A stretch of 64,000 bases of DNA from Chloroflexota bacterium (GCA_015478725.1 JADMIG010000002.1:57254-121253); one strand, 5' to 3'; counted from the first letter of the stretch, positions 1-10,525 are shown. Notes: generated from the sequence alone by a model not told the origin. Made by a program: numbers and translations.

Positions 1-625
1 CCGTCCGCCCGCCGAGGGCCGTCCGCCCGCCGAGGGCCACCACGGTCGCCGCCAGCTCGATCGCGTTCGGGACGAGGATGTCGACGAAGTCGAGGTCGGC
101 AGCCTCGAGATCGGACGCCGGAGCGGGATTGAGGATCGTCCGCGCTCCGGCCGTCCGTCCGGCGCGGAGCGCCTCGCGTACCGCAGCGGCCGGTACTTCC
201 CGGCTCACGAGGACGACATCGCCGGCGAGCGGACCGAGCCGCCGGACCGCGTCGACGACCATCGCCGGCGAGAGCCGATCGTTCGCTCCCGGGGCGACGC
301 TGATGAGGTTCTGGCCCGTCGCGTCGACGAGGATGAGCGCGACGCCGGTCGGTGCGTCCGGGATCGTGGCGAGTCGCGAGACGTCGACGTTCGCCGCGGC
401 GAGGGCGGCGCGCGCCTCGGATCCGAACGCATCGTCCCCGAGCGCACCGACGAAGAGTGTCGGCGCTCCGAGCCGGGCGGAGGCGACGGCCTGGTTGCCG
501 CCCTTGCCGCCGTGATGTCGTCCGAAGGCTCCGCCGTTGACCGTCTCGCCCGGACCGGGCAGCCGCGACCCGCGGATCACGAGGTCGACGTTGACCGAGC
601 CGACGACGACGACGCGCCCGCTCAC
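1..625 (-). CDS. rbsK: Ribokinase / PfkB-family sugar kinase (3' end runs off the window)
   Basis: Manual translation from GTG at 625 gives MSGRVVVVGSVNVDLV...GGKGGNQAVASARLG...GALGDDAFG...LNPAPA...VPNAIE, which are PfkB signature motifs. Confidence 0.85.
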   Translation of the reverse strand, partial: MSGRVVVVGSVNVDLVIRGSRLPGPGETVNGGAFGRHHGGKGGNQAVASARLGAPTLFVGALGDDAFGSEARAALAAANVDVSRLATIPDAPTGVALILVDATGQNLISVAPGANDRLSPAMVVDAVRRLGPLAGDVVLVSREVPAAAVREALRAGRTAGARTILNPAPASDLEAADLDFVDILVPNAIELAATVVALGGRTALGGRT

Positions 626-643
626 GAAGCGCTCATCGGACCG

Positions 644-1462
644 TCAGCCGGTGACGAACTCGGCGCCGTCGATGCGGATGATGTTTCCGCTGATGAACTC
701 GAGGCCGTCCGCGGAGAGCGCCGCGATCGCATTCGCGACGTCCACCGGCGTGGTGAGGCGGCCGGTCGGATTGCGAGCCAGGGCGACCCGGATGATCTCA
801 TCGTGCTCGGGGATCTTCATGAGCGCCGGCGTGATCGTAACGCCGGCCTGGATGGCGTTCGCCGTGATCCCCGTCCCGCGGCGGGCGAGCTCCATGGCGA
901 GCTGCCGGATGTGCGATTCGAGGGCCGCCTTCGCCGAGCTCACGACGCCGTAGGAAGGAACGACCCGGCTCGACCCTTCCGAGGTCATCGCGAAGATCCT
1001 GCTGCCGGCCTCGAGGAAGCCGCCGCGGACGAGATCCTGGACCCAGTAGACGAGGCTGTTCGCCATGACGTCCTGGGTCATCTCCATCTTCTTGCGGTCG
1101 ACCGCGTCCTTCGGATCGTCGGCGATGAACGGGACGAGGCTGCCGAAGGCGAGTGAGTGCATGACCGTTCGGACATACGGATGCCGCCCCTGCGCGCGAC
1201 TCCGCTCGAACCGCTCGGCGAGGGTCGCCAGGGCCGCCGCGCGCTTCTCGTCGTCGGCAGCGTTCATGTTGATGAACAACGCTTCGGATCCCGCCGCGGC
1301 GATCGCCGTCCTGATCTCCTCGACACGGCCGAGGGCGGCCCGGAAGTCGAGATGGATGCCACAGATCCGGTAGCCGGCGGCCGCCAGGGTTCGCGCCGTC
1401 GCCTCGCCCATCCCGGACGACGCTCCGAGGATGAGGGCCCAGCGCTCGCGGTCGTCGGTCAT
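644..1462 (-). CDS. SDR-family enoyl-ACP reductase (FabL/FabI-like)
   Basis: GASSGMG Rossmann motif, YGVVSSAKAALE catalytic YxxxxxxK, and TPALMKIP. Confidence 0.8.
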   Translation of the reverse strand: MTDDRERWALILGASSGMGEATARTLAAAGYRICGIHLDFRAALGRVEEIRTAIAAAGSEALFINMNAADDEKRAAALATLAERFERSRAQGRHPYVRTVMHSLAFGSLVPFIADDPKDAVDRKKMEMTQDVMANSLVYWVQDLVRGGFLEAGSRIFAMTSEGSSRVVPSYGVVSSAKAALESHIRQLAMELARRGTGITANAIQAGVTITPALMKIPEHDEIIRVALARNPTGRLTTPVDVANAIAALSADGLEFISGNIIRIDGAEFVTG

Positions 1463-1582
1463 CCGGGTTCGCTCCTTCGGGCGCTCATCGGTGGCGGTTC
1501 GCTCGGCCGAGTCTAGCAGCGCGATCCGCCGCGGCCGCGCCGCGTTCCAGGCACGGCGGCCGCGGGACGCTCCGGGTCCCGG

Positions 1583-2830
1583 TCACACGACGCCGCGGTC
1601 GCGGAGCGCGCCGATCTCGGCCGGCTCGTAACCGAGCTCCGCGAGGATCGCGTCGGAGTGCTCGCCGAGGAGCGGCGGCGCCGTGCGGATCGAGGCGGGG
1701 GTCGCCGAGAGCTTCGTCGGCAGTCCGACCTGGCGGACGGGTCCGAGGATCGGATGGTGGACCGTGACGTCCATCGATCTGGCCTGCGCCTGTGGCATCG
1801 CGAACGCGGCCAGGATGTCGTTGATCGGCCCGCACGGGACATCGGCGGCGCCGAGGCGCTCGAGCCAGACGGCCGATGTGGCCGAAGCGAACCGCTCCGC
1901 GAGCATCGGACGGAGCTCGGTGCGGGCGGTCACGCGAGCAGCGTTCGTCGCGAATCTCGGATCGCCGGCGAGCGACGCGAGATCGAGCGCCCGGCAGAAG
2001 CGGTGCCACTGACGCTCGGAACCCACGGCCACCGCGAGGTCGCCGTCCGCCGTCGCGAACGTCTCGTACGGAACGATGTTCGGGTGCGCGTTCCCGCGCC
2101 GGCCTGGAGCGACGCCCGTCGCGAACGCGTTCTGCGCCTGATTGACGAGGATCGAGAGGGCGGCCTCGAGGATCGAGACATCGATGCGCTGGCCTCGGCC
2201 GGCCGCCGGCGAACTGGCCCGCTCCCGGCCGGCGATCGCGGCGAGGACCGCGACGGCTCCGTGGAGTCCGGTGACGAGGTCGGCGATCGCGACGCCGACC
2301 TTCGTCGGCGCACCGCCCTCGCCATCGGCGAAACCGGTGATCGACATGAGGCCCGCCTCCGCCTGGAGGACGAAGTCGTAGCCCGGTCGGCCCGCGTCCG
2401 GACCGGACGGTCCGTAACCGCTGATCGCGAGGTGGACGAGCGCCGGGTTGAGCATCTCGAGGGTGGCATCGTCGAAGCCGAGGCGGGCGAAGGCGCCGAC
2501 CCGGAAGTTCTCGACGAGCACGTCCGCCCGGCCGACGAGCCGCCGCAGGACCTCCCGCCCGTCGCCCACCGAGAGATCGAGGCGGATCGATCGCTTGTTG
2601 CGATTGACGGCGAGGTAGTACGCCGCGACGCCCGGATCGTCCGGCGCGATCCGGCCGGCACCCACCCACGGCGGTCCCCAGGAACGCGTCCCGTCCCCTT
2701 CGGGCGGCTCCACCTTGACGACATCCGCGCCAAGGTCCGCGAGGAGCATCGTGCAGTACGGCCCGGCGAGGACCGTCGAGCAATCGGCGACGAGGATGCC
2801 GGACAGCGGTCCGGACGACGAGGCGGCCAC
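1583..2830 (-). CDS. Family III CoA-transferase (CaiB/BaiF)
   Basis: LAGPYCTMLLADLGADVVKVE, NRNKRSI, DVLVENFR, GYD and PPLLGEH motifs. Confidence 0.92.
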   Translation of the reverse strand: MAASSSGPLSGILVADCSTVLAGPYCTMLLADLGADVVKVEPPEGDGTRSWGPPWVGAGRIAPDDPGVAAYYLAVNRNKRSIRLDLSVGDGREVLRRLVGRADVLVENFRVGAFARLGFDDATLEMLNPALVHLAISGYGPSGPDAGRPGYDFVLQAEAGLMSITGFADGEGGAPTKVGVAIADLVTGLHGAVAVLAAIAGRERASSPAAGRGQRIDVSILEAALSILVNQAQNAFATGVAPGRRGNAHPNIVPYETFATADGDLAVAVGSERQWHRFCRALDLASLAGDPRFATNAARVTARTELRPMLAERFASATSAVWLERLGAADVPCGPINDILAAFAMPQAQARSMDVTVHHPILGPVRQVGLPTKLSATPASIRTAPPLLGEHSDAILAELGYEPAEIGALRDRGVV

Positions 2831-2903
2831 GGACCCGATGGTATCGGGCTGGGGACCGTCGCGGACCGCCGCCGTCCGGAACCGGTCGGCCGAGAGCGAC
2901 GGC

Positions 2904-3401
2904 TCAGCCGACCTCTGCGGTCTCCTCGAGGTTGGTCACATCCGCCACCACCGCGCCGGTCGCCGCGACGAGGTCCGCCGCGGCGAGGTGCAGGTTGACG
3001 CCGCGGGCGCTGCCGCCGATCGCCACACGGGCACGACCCACGATCGAGGCGTCGGCGACGACGGGCCATCCCCCGTTCGCCCCGAAGGGCGTGATCGCTC
3101 CACGTTCGTAGCCCGTCGCCGCCTTCGCCTCTTCGGCATCCGGCAGCGAGAGTCGGCGGATGCCGAGGTGCTCGCGGAGGCGCGCCCAGTCGAAGCGGCG
3201 ACCGGCCGGAACGAGGACGAGGACGTAGTCGTTCTCGGCGCGCCGGACGACGATCGTCCGGACGAGGTCGCCGAGCGCGATGCCCTGGAGCTCGGCGCTG
3301 TCCGCGGGGTCGCGGGCGGGCCGCGTCCGCACGACCCTGAACGGGATGCCGGTCGCCGCGACCGCCTCGATCGCCGGCGTCGAGTCCGGGACCTCCGTCA
3401 T
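2904..3401 (-). CDS. YbaK/EbsC aminoacyl-tRNA editing family protein
   Basis: LVRTIVV, ATGYERGAITPFG and IGGSARG motifs. Confidence 0.85.
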   Translation of the reverse strand: MTEVPDSTPAIEAVAATGIPFRVVRTRPARDPADSAELQGIALGDLVRTIVVRRAENDYVLVLVPAGRRFDWARLREHLGIRRLSLPDAEEAKAATGYERGAITPFGANGGWPVVADASIVGRARVAIGGSARGVNLHLAAADLVAATGAVVADVTNLEETAEVG

Positions 3402-3483
3402 CCTGGCCCGCCGGTATCCATCGTTTCCGCAGGGTAGCGACTCCCGCCCGGCCGCGTCGAGGCCTGACGGCTACGATGCGTGG

Positions 3484-4431
3484 ATGAGCAAGTCGCGTCC
3501 ACTCACCCTCATGACCGTCCATGCCCACCCGGACGACGAAGCGATCGGCACGGGCGGCGTCATGGCCAGGGCAGTCCGCGACGGCCTTCGGGTCGTCCTC
3601 ATCACCGCGACCCGCGGCGAACAGGGCGAGATCGTCATCCCGGAGCTCGACACGCCGGCGAACCACCGGCGGCTCGGCGAGATGCGGATGGCCGAACTCG
3701 AGGCCGCGATGGGCGTCCTCGGGGTCACCGAGTGGGAGAACCTCGGATACCGGGACTCGGACATGATGGGGCGGCCCGGGAACGGCGACCCACGGACCTT
3801 CTGGCAGGCCGATCTCGACGAGGCCGTGGGACGTCTCGTGTGGTTCGTGCGGCGATACCGGCCGGATGTCATGACGACCTACAACGACTTCGGCGGCTAC
3901 GGCCACCCCGACCACATGCGCGTCCACCAGGTGAGCGTCCCGGCGTTCGATCGAGCGGGCGATCCGGCCTGGTATCCGGGCCAGCTTGCCCCCGAGTTCG
4001 GCGGGACAGGCGCGGCGACGGAGGATGGCGGCCTTGCGCCGTGGGCACCGCGCAAGCTCTACGAGCAGGCGATCCCGGCGTCCATCCGGACGGCGATGAA
4101 TGAGCGTCTCGCCGAGCTCGGACAGCGGAGCTTCTGGCTGCCGCCGGAGGACGCGACTCCCGAGCAGCAGGCGGAGTACGAGACGTTCATCGCCCGGGCC
4201 CTCGTGGCCGACGAGCAGGTGACGACGTGGGTTGACGTCTCGGGCGTCCTCGACGCGAAGTGGAACGCCCTGCGACGGCATGCGACGCAGATCAGCGAAG
4301 AGCAGGGCTTCATGGCCTTCGGACTCGACGCCTGGCGGGAGCACTGGTCGCGCGAGGCGTACGTCCTGCGCGCGTCGCGAGACGTGGACGTGTCGCTCCC
4401 CGAATCCGACCTTTTCGCGGGACTCGCCTGA
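3484..4431 (+). CDS. PIG-L family deacetylase (MshB/Mca-like)
   Basis: VHAHPDDE, TRGEQGE, LGYRDS, GGYGHPDH and HATQI motifs; ATG 3484 follows a TACGAT -10-like hexamer. Confidence 0.9.
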   Translation: MSKSRPLTLMTVHAHPDDEAIGTGGVMARAVRDGLRVVLITATRGEQGEIVIPELDTPANHRRLGEMRMAELEAAMGVLGVTEWENLGYRDSDMMGRPGNGDPRTFWQADLDEAVGRLVWFVRRYRPDVMTTYNDFGGYGHPDHMRVHQVSVPAFDRAGDPAWYPGQLAPEFGGTGAATEDGGLAPWAPRKLYEQAIPASIRTAMNERLAELGQRSFWLPPEDATPEQQAEYETFIARALVADEQVTTWVDVSGVLDAKWNALRRHATQISEEQGFMAFGLDAWREHWSREAYVLRASRDVDVSLPESDLFAGLA

Positions 4432-4442
4432 CGACGGGCCGG

Positions 4443-5438
4443 ATGACCCCAGGCGGCGATCTGCGGACGGGAGCCGCGACCCGGACCGCGACCCGCTCGC
4501 GGCTCGCGGCGCTCGGCGAGCGGCTGTTCGTCGAGCCGACCCGAGTCGGAAGCCGGTGCCTGCCGCCGCTCGGGCTGGTCGTCCTCGCCGCGATCGGCGC
4601 CTCGCTCCTCGTCATCGTCGCGTCGTCGAGGTGGGGAACCCCGACCGACGAGGCAGCGTACTGGCGTGCGGCGGTGCGACTCGTCCAAGGCACGCCCGTC
4701 TACGATCCACAGGCAGACCCGGGGACCCCCTATGCCTACTTCTACCCTCCGCCCCTCGCGCAGGTCCTTGCGCCACTGACGTTGATCATGTCCGAGTCGG
4801 TATTCACGGCCATGTGGACGGTCTTGCTCCTGCTGTGCCTGTGGTGGATCGCCGGGCGACGGCCGCTCGTGGCGCTCGCCTGCATCGCCTTCGTCCCTGT
4901 CGCGGTCGAACTCTGGTACCGGAATGTTCACCTTGTCCTGGCCGTGCTCATCCTGCTCGCGATCCGCCGATGGCCCGCGCTGTTCGCCGTCGGTGCCGCG
5001 ATCAAGCTCGCGCCAGGGCTCGGGATCGTGTACCTCGTCGCCGGGCGGCGCTGGCGGGACGCCCTGCTGACCTCCGCACTGGGACTCGCGATCCTCGTCG
5101 TGAGCGTCGCCATCTCGCCGAGCGCCTGGGCCGACTTCATCACCGTGGTAGCCGTCCGTGGTCCGACCATCGGGGCGAGCCTCGTCCCGGTGCCGTTCGT
5201 CCTCCGCGCGGTCGCCGGCCTCGCCCTCGCCGTGATCGCCGGCCTGCTCCGACCGCGGATCGGTGAGCCGCTGCTCGTGGTCGCGATCGTGATCGCCAAT
5301 CCGACGCTGTGGACGACCGTGTTCAGCCTGCTCATCGTCATCGTTCCGCTCATGACGACCGGCGCGCGGGCCACCGCGATCGGAACGAAGGAACGCCCCG
5401 TCCTGGCGGGAGGACGGGGCGTCGGGTCGAGCGGCTGA
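4443..5438 (+). CDS. GT87-like membrane glycosyltransferase (DUF2029 / alpha-1,2-mannosyltransferase type)
   Basis: Multiple TM segments with DEAAYW, YAYFYPPPLA, RNVHL and AAIKLAP; start codon uncertain. Confidence 0.75.
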   Translation: MTPGGDLRTGAATRTATRSRLAALGERLFVEPTRVGSRCLPPLGLVVLAAIGASLLVIVASSRWGTPTDEAAYWRAAVRLVQGTPVYDPQADPGTPYAYFYPPPLAQVLAPLTLIMSESVFTAMWTVLLLLCLWWIAGRRPLVALACIAFVPVAVELWYRNVHLVLAVLILLAIRRWPALFAVGAAIKLAPGLGIVYLVAGRRWRDALLTSALGLAILVVSVAISPSAWADFITVVAVRGPTIGASLVPVPFVLRAVAGLALAVIAGLLRPRIGEPLLVVAIVIANPTLWTTVFSLLIVIVPLMTTGARATAIGTKERPVLAGGRGVGSSG

Positions 5439-5447
5439 CCGGCGATC

Positions 5448-5524
5448 TGGCGGACCCGACCGGATTCGAACCGGCGATCTCCAGCGTGACAGGCTGGCAT
5501 GTTGGGCCGCTACACCACGGGTCC
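5448..5524 (-). tRNA. tRNA-Asp (GTC)
   Basis: Reverse complement GGACCCG...CCAGC-CT-GTC-AC-GCTGG...GGTTCGAATCC...CGGGTCC-G-CCA forms a full cloverleaf with encoded CCA. Confidence 0.97.
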
Positions 5525-5562
5525 GGGAACGGCGGATGGGCAGGATAGCAGCTGCGACCGCT

Positions 5563-5600
5563 CTCGGCACCCGACACACCCCTCGGCACCCGACACACCC
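5563..5600. repeat. Two-copy ~19-bp tandem repeat (CTCGGCACCCGACACACCC) between tRNA-Asp and ltaE
   Basis: Read directly from the sequence. Confidence 0.8.
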
Positions 5601-5653
5601 CGTGCGAACCTGACGAGCCGGGGGCATCCGCGAGCCCGGTATACTCGCGGCCC

Positions 5654-6766
5654 ATGCAGGCCCACGCCTCCGATCACCGCATCGACCTGCGCTCGGACAC
5701 CGTCACGAAGCCGACCCACGAGATGCGCCGGGCGATGGCCGAGGCGGAGGTCGGCGACGACGTCTTCGACGACGACCCCACGGTGCACGCCCTCCAGGAC
5801 CGTGCGGCCGAGCTCCTCGGCAAGGAGGCCGGCCTGTTCGTCGCGAGCGGCGCGATGGCCAATCTCGTCGCTCAGCTCGCCCACCTCGCCCGCGGCCAGG
5901 AGACGATCGCCGGATCGAGCAGCCACATCGTCCTCGATGAGGCGGCGGGCCATGCCGTCGTGGTCGGGACGAGCGTCCGGGCCATCGACGAGCAGCCGGA
6001 CGGGACGATCGACACGGACCGCATCCGGGAGGCCTTCCGCGACCCGCGCGACGTCCACGAACCCATCAGCGGGCTCGTCACGATCGAGAACACCCACGCC
6101 CACTCGATGGGCCAGCCGCTCTCCGCCGAGTACACCGCGGAGGTCGCCGCGATCGCCCACGAGCGGAGCGTCCCGCTCCACGTCGACGGAGCGCGATTCT
6201 GGAACGCGGTCGTCGCGCTTGGCGCCCGCCCGACCGACCTCGCTGGTCCGGCGGATACGGTGAGCTTCTGTCTCTCGAAGGGCCTCGCCTGCCCGGTGGG
6301 TTCACTCGTCGTCGGCAGCCGCGACGTCATCTGGCGGGCTCGCCGGGCTCGCAAGCTCGTCGGCGGCGGGATGCGCCAGGTCGGGATCCTCGCGGCCGCC
6401 GGCCTCGTGGCGCTGCGCGACGGTCCGGCCGGCATGATCGAGCGGCTCGCCGAGGACCATGCCAACGCGCGACGCCTCGCCGAGGGGCTCGCCGGCCTGC
6501 CGGGCATCGTCTCGCCGGGCGGCATCGCCCAGCCCACGGAGGGGCCGCTCGACCCCGAGCGGGTACGGACGAACTTTGTCATCTTTCGTGTCGAACGCAA
6601 CCGGGCCGCCTTCCTCGCGGCCCTCGCCGCGCGTGGTGTCCTCATGGTCGAATACCCGCATGGTCAGGTCCGCGCGGTCACCCACCATGGGATCGAGGCG
6701 GCCGACACCGAGACCGCGATCGCCGCGACGCGCGCGGCACTCAGCGAGACGGGAGGAACGCGATGA
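5654..6766 (+). CDS. ltaE: Low-specificity L-threonine aldolase
   Basis: [33 protein letters not shown] (PLP lysine) and GGGMRQ. Confidence 0.92.
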   Translation: MQAHASDHRIDLRSDTVTKPTHEMRRAMAEAEVGDDVFDDDPTVHALQDRAAELLGKEAGLFVASGAMANLVAQLAHLARGQETIAGSSSHIVLDEAAGHAVVVGTSVRAIDEQPDGTIDTDRIREAFRDPRDVHEPISGLVTIENTHAHSMGQPLSAEYTAEVAAIAHERSVPLHVDGARFWNAVVALGARPTDLAGPADTVSFCLSKGLACPVGSLVVGSRDVIWRARRARKLVGGGMRQVGILAAAGLVALRDGPAGMIERLAEDHANARRLAEGLAGLPGIVSPGGIAQPTEGPLDPERVRTNFVIFRVERNRAAFLAALAARGVLMVEYPHGQVRAVTHHGIEAADTETAIAATRAALSETGGTR

Positions 6767-8508
6767 CCGGCGCGAGTCTCGCCGACGCCCAGCTCTCGCG
6801 CCCGGCTCCGGCCGCGGTGCCGGGACCGCTCGACGATCGTCTCTACGACCTCGTCGAAGCGCGGTTCCGGCGGCTCCTCCGCGACAACCCGGTCCTCGCG
6901 ACCTACGTCGGGATCCACACGGAGGACGCCCGACTCGGCGACGTCAGCCATGACGCCACGCTCCAGGAGCTCGCCGACGAGCGCGCCCACCTCGCGGCGA
7001 TCGAGGTCCTCGACCCGGCGGGCCTGTCGCCCGAGGCGTCATTCGAGCGGGAGCTGGAGATCCACAACCTGCAGCGCGTCCTGTTCGACGGCGAACGACT
7101 CCGCTTCTGGGAGCGGCGATCGACCGCGATGGACGCGGTCGGGGAGGCCCTCTTCCTCGTCTTCGCCCGGGACTTCGCGCCGCTCCGGGAGCGCCTGGCA
7201 TCGGCGAGCGGCCGCCTGGCGGCCGTTCCCGACTTCCTCGCCTCCGCGCGTCGCCGACCGGCCATCCCCCAGGTCCGCCTCTGGCAGCGGCTCGAGATCG
7301 AGTCCGCCGGCGAGCTCCCGGCCCTCTTCGACGAGATCGTCGCGGCCGGCCGGGCGGCGGTCCTGCCGAGCCTGGACCAGGCTGCGCTCGAGCGAGCCGC
7401 GGCGGCGGCCCGGGTGGCCGTCGTGGACTACGCGGCGTGGCTGACGGCGTCGCTCGCCAGCGGCAGCGACGACTGGGCGATCGGCCGCGAGACGTACGAC
7501 GAGCTCATCGGCCTGCGGGCGTTCGACGGCCTCGACGCCGACGCGATCCTCGACATCGGCTGGCGCCAGCTCGCCGAGCAGAAGGCGGCCCGCATCGCCG
7601 CCGCCCGCGAGATCGACCCCACGGTTGATGAGGCGACCGTCGTTGAGCGCATCAAGTCGGACCACCCGGCGACTTTCGGGGAGGCCCTCGACGCGTATCG
7701 CGAGGTCATGGTCCGAGCGCGCCGGTTCCTCATCGAGCGGGACATCGTCACGGTGCCGTCGGACGAGCGGATCGCGGTCATCGAGACGCCCGACTACCTC
7801 CGCAACGTCATACCGTTCGCCGCCTACTTCGACCCACCCAAGTTCGACCGCGACCCGTCCGGCATCTATGTCGTGACCCCGTTCGTCACGGATGGACCGG
7901 GCGCGATGCGGGAGCACAACCACAGCTCGATCAGCAACACGAGCATCCACGAGGCATATCCCGGCCACCACCTCCAGCTGTCGGTGGGCGGCCGCCACCC
8001 GTCGCTGACGCGGCTCACGACCGAAGCCCCGGAGTTCGTCGAAGGCTGGGGCATGTATTCCGAGCAGATGATGCGCGAGCAGGGCTTCGACGACGCCCCG
8101 AACTTCCGCTTCAACATGCATACGGACGCGATCTGGCGGGCCTGTCGGATCATCCTCGACGTCCGGATGCACCGTGGCGAGATCGGGGTGGACGAGGCGA
8201 TCCGCTGGATGGTCGAGCAGACGAACTTCGAGGAACCGAACGCCCGGGCGGAGGTCCACCGCTACACGTACACGCCGACCTACCAGCTCTCGTACCTCCT
8301 CGGCAAGGTCCTCCTCCTCCAGCTTCGCGCGGACGAGCAGCGCAGGCTCGGGTCCGCGTTCCGCCTTCGCGAGTTCCACGACACCCTCCTCCGCAACGGA
8401 AGCCTGCCGATCAGCTTCCAGCGCCGCCTGCTTCGCGCCGCCGCGGCACGCCGGCCGCGCGCCGCGGGCGGCGGTCCCGGCACCCTCGACGTCGCCGCCA
8501 GGGGCTGA
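6763..8508 (+). CDS. DUF885 family protein (putative metallopeptidase)
   Basis: HEAYPGHHLQ, FVEGWGMYSE and SYLLGK motifs. Confidence 0.9.
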   Translation: MTGASLADAQLSRPAPAAVPGPLDDRLYDLVEARFRRLLRDNPVLATYVGIHTEDARLGDVSHDATLQELADERAHLAAIEVLDPAGLSPEASFERELEIHNLQRVLFDGERLRFWERRSTAMDAVGEALFLVFARDFAPLRERLASASGRLAAVPDFLASARRRPAIPQVRLWQRLEIESAGELPALFDEIVAAGRAAVLPSLDQAALERAAAAARVAVVDYAAWLTASLASGSDDWAIGRETYDELIGLRAFDGLDADAILDIGWRQLAEQKAARIAAAREIDPTVDEATVVERIKSDHPATFGEALDAYREVMVRARRFLIERDIVTVPSDERIAVIETPDYLRNVIPFAAYFDPPKFDRDPSGIYVVTPFVTDGPGAMREHNHSSISNTSIHEAYPGHHLQLSVGGRHPSLTRLTTEAPEFVEGWGMYSEQMMREQGFDDAPNFRFNMHTDAIWRACRIILDVRMHRGEIGVDEAIRWMVEQTNFEEPNARAEVHRYTYTPTYQLSYLLGKVLLLQLRADEQRRLGSAFRLREFHDTLLRNGSLPISFQRRLLRAAAARRPRAAGGGPGTLDVAARG

Positions 8509-8515
8509 CCGCCGG

Positions 8516-9214
8516 ATGCTCGTCATCCCGGCGATCGATCTCGCCGGCGGACGCTCCCGGGTCGTGTACTGGCCAGGCGCAGCCGCCGGCATCGGCGCTC
8601 CCACGGATCGACCGGAGGCCATCGTCGAGCGCTTCGTCGCTCTCGGCGCCCGGATCGTCCATCTCGTCGACGTCGACGGGGCCCGCTCGGGAGCGCCCGC
8701 CAACCTCGAGGCCGTGGGTCGGGTCGCGGCACGCACGGCCGTGCCGATCCAGCTCGCCGGCGGCCTGGAATCGGCCGATCACGTCCGCCTCGCATTCGCC
8801 GCAGGAGCGACCCGGGTCGTCCTCGCGATGAACGTCCTCGACAGCCCGGATGTGCTCGCCGAGTGTCTCGCCGTCGCCGGCGACTGGCTCGCCGTGGGGC
8901 TCGACCCGCGACCCGAGCGGCTCGCCGCGTTCCCCTGGCGGCGGCCCGCACCGCCCACCTTCGACGGACTCCTCGGCGAGCTCGCGGATCGTGGCGTGGG
9001 ACGGATCGTCCTCACGCACGGAGGCGGCCGCGACGCCGCCCGCATCGTCGGGATCGCCCGGACCCGTGCCGTCGACGTGCTCGTCGCGGGCGGGGTGGCG
9101 GACATCCCCGCTATCCTTCGGTTGCGAGATGCCGGCGTCGCCGGCGTCATCATCGGCGAAGCGCTCCTCTCGGGAGCGATCGAGCTCCCCGCCGCCCTGG
9201 AGGCCGCCGCGTGA
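8516..9214 (+). CDS. HisA/HisF-related TIM-barrel protein (divergent)
   Basis: VIPAIDL, HLVDVDGA, AGGV and GVIIGEAL; several canonical HisA motifs are altered. Confidence 0.8.
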   Translation: MLVIPAIDLAGGRSRVVYWPGAAAGIGAPTDRPEAIVERFVALGARIVHLVDVDGARSGAPANLEAVGRVAARTAVPIQLAGGLESADHVRLAFAAGATRVVLAMNVLDSPDVLAECLAVAGDWLAVGLDPRPERLAAFPWRRPAPPTFDGLLGELADRGVGRIVLTHGGGRDAARIVGIARTRAVDVLVAGGVADIPAILRLRDAGVAGVIIGEALLSGAIELPAALEAAA

Positions 9215-9927
9215 CGTTCTTCCATCCCCGTCGATCCATCGTCGTCGCCTTCATGGCGCTCGCGATCGGTGGCTGCAGCGCCGCGAGCGCACCGACGCCT
9301 GCCTCGAGTCCGACTCCGGCCTCGAGCCCTGCCCCGGCCGCCTCGTCGGCCGCCGGGCCGAGCAGCGGATCGACGACCTGCCCAACGAGTGCCCCGCCGC
9401 ACGCGGCCGCCGGCTCGACCGCCACGGCGACGATCCAGACGCCGAAGGGGACGATCGTCGTGAAGCTCGAGGCGGATCTCGGTCCGGCGGCGGTCGCCGA
9501 CTTCATCGCCCTCGTCGAGTGCGGCTTCTACGACGGCGTCGTCTTCCACCGACTCGTGCCGGGCTTCGTCATCCAGGGCGGCGACGGCCAGTTCGGTCGG
9601 AGTCCGAACGTCGATCCGAACCAGGTCGGTGCCGGCGGCCCCGGCTACACGATCGACGACGACCCGGTCAGCGCGGCATACGGTCGGGGCGTCGTCGCGA
9701 TGGCCCGCACGCAGGCTCCGCATTCGGAGGGCTCGCAGTTCTTCATCGTCCTCGACGACGCCGCCCGACCGGCCCTCGCGAGCGCGAACACGTACGCGAT
9801 CATCGGCCACGTGACGTCCGGGATGAACGTCGTCGACGCGATCGCCGCCATGCCGAACAGCGGGACCCCGAACAACGCCGCCATCGCTCCCGTGCCGATG
9901 ACGAAGGTCACGATCACCACGCCGTAA
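9211..9927 (+). CDS. Cyclophilin-type peptidyl-prolyl isomerase, probable lipoprotein
   Basis: Signal peptide ending LAIGGC, Pro/Ser/Ala linker, FYDGVVFHRLVPGFVIQGGD and GSQFFI. Confidence 0.88.
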   Translation: MTFFHPRRSIVVAFMALAIGGCSAASAPTPASSPTPASSPAPAASSAAGPSSGSTTCPTSAPPHAAAGSTATATIQTPKGTIVVKLEADLGPAAVADFIALVECGFYDGVVFHRLVPGFVIQGGDGQFGRSPNVDPNQVGAGGPGYTIDDDPVSAAYGRGVVAMARTQAPHSEGSQFFIVLDDAARPALASANTYAIIGHVTSGMNVVDAIAAMPNSGTPNNAAIAPVPMTKVTITTP

Positions 9928-9936
9928 GGAGCCTCC

Positions 9937-10428
9937 ATGACCCGAGCGACCATTGCGACCGAGATCGGCGATATCGAGGTCGACCTGTACGACCAGTCCG
10001 CCCCGAAGGCGGTCTCGAACTTCCTCGCCCTCGCCCGCAAGGGGTTCTTCGACGACGTCATCTTCCATCGCGTCATCCCGGGTTTCGTCATCCAGGGCGG
10101 CGACGGCCAGTACGGGAAGAAGTCCGCGCTCGACAGCGCCAAGGTCGGCACCGGCGGACCGGGCTACCGCTTCGATGACGAGCCGATCAAGGGTGACTAC
10201 GTCCGCGGCTCGCTCGCGATGGCGAACGCCGGACCGAACACGAATGGCTCTCAATTCTTCATCTGCACGGACGACCTCACCGGCAAGCTCCCGAAGAACT
10301 ACACCCTGTTCGGCCTCGTGACGAGGGGGATGGACGTCGTGGACCGGATCGTCGCCGCGCCCCGCAACGGTCGCGACCTGCCGAACGCGCCGGTCGCCAT
10401 GACGGCCGTGACGATCCACGAGGACTGA
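9937..10428 (+). CDS. Cyclophilin-type peptidyl-prolyl isomerase, cytoplasmic
   Basis: FHRVIPGFVIQGGD and LAMANAGPNTNGSQFFI; AAGGAG RBS. Confidence 0.95.
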   Translation: MTRATIATEIGDIEVDLYDQSAPKAVSNFLALARKGFFDDVIFHRVIPGFVIQGGDGQYGKKSALDSAKVGTGGPGYRFDDEPIKGDYVRGSLAMANAGPNTNGSQFFICTDDLTGKLPKNYTLFGLVTRGMDVVDRIVAAPRNGRDLPNAPVAMTAVTIHED

Positions 10429-10525
10429 CCGGCCCGATCGTGGTGCATGAAGCGGCCGTCAGGGCATCGTGGGCTTTCGGGCGCGGAAGGTTAAGGAATT
10501 TACACACGCGCGCCGCACAAAACCC

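Noticed and set aside
1..38. 18-bp tandem repeat (CCGTCCGCCCGCCGAGGG x2) at the window edge
   Set aside because: It is an in-frame duplication inside the ribokinase gene (ALGGRT x2) and is truncated by the edge; not an array
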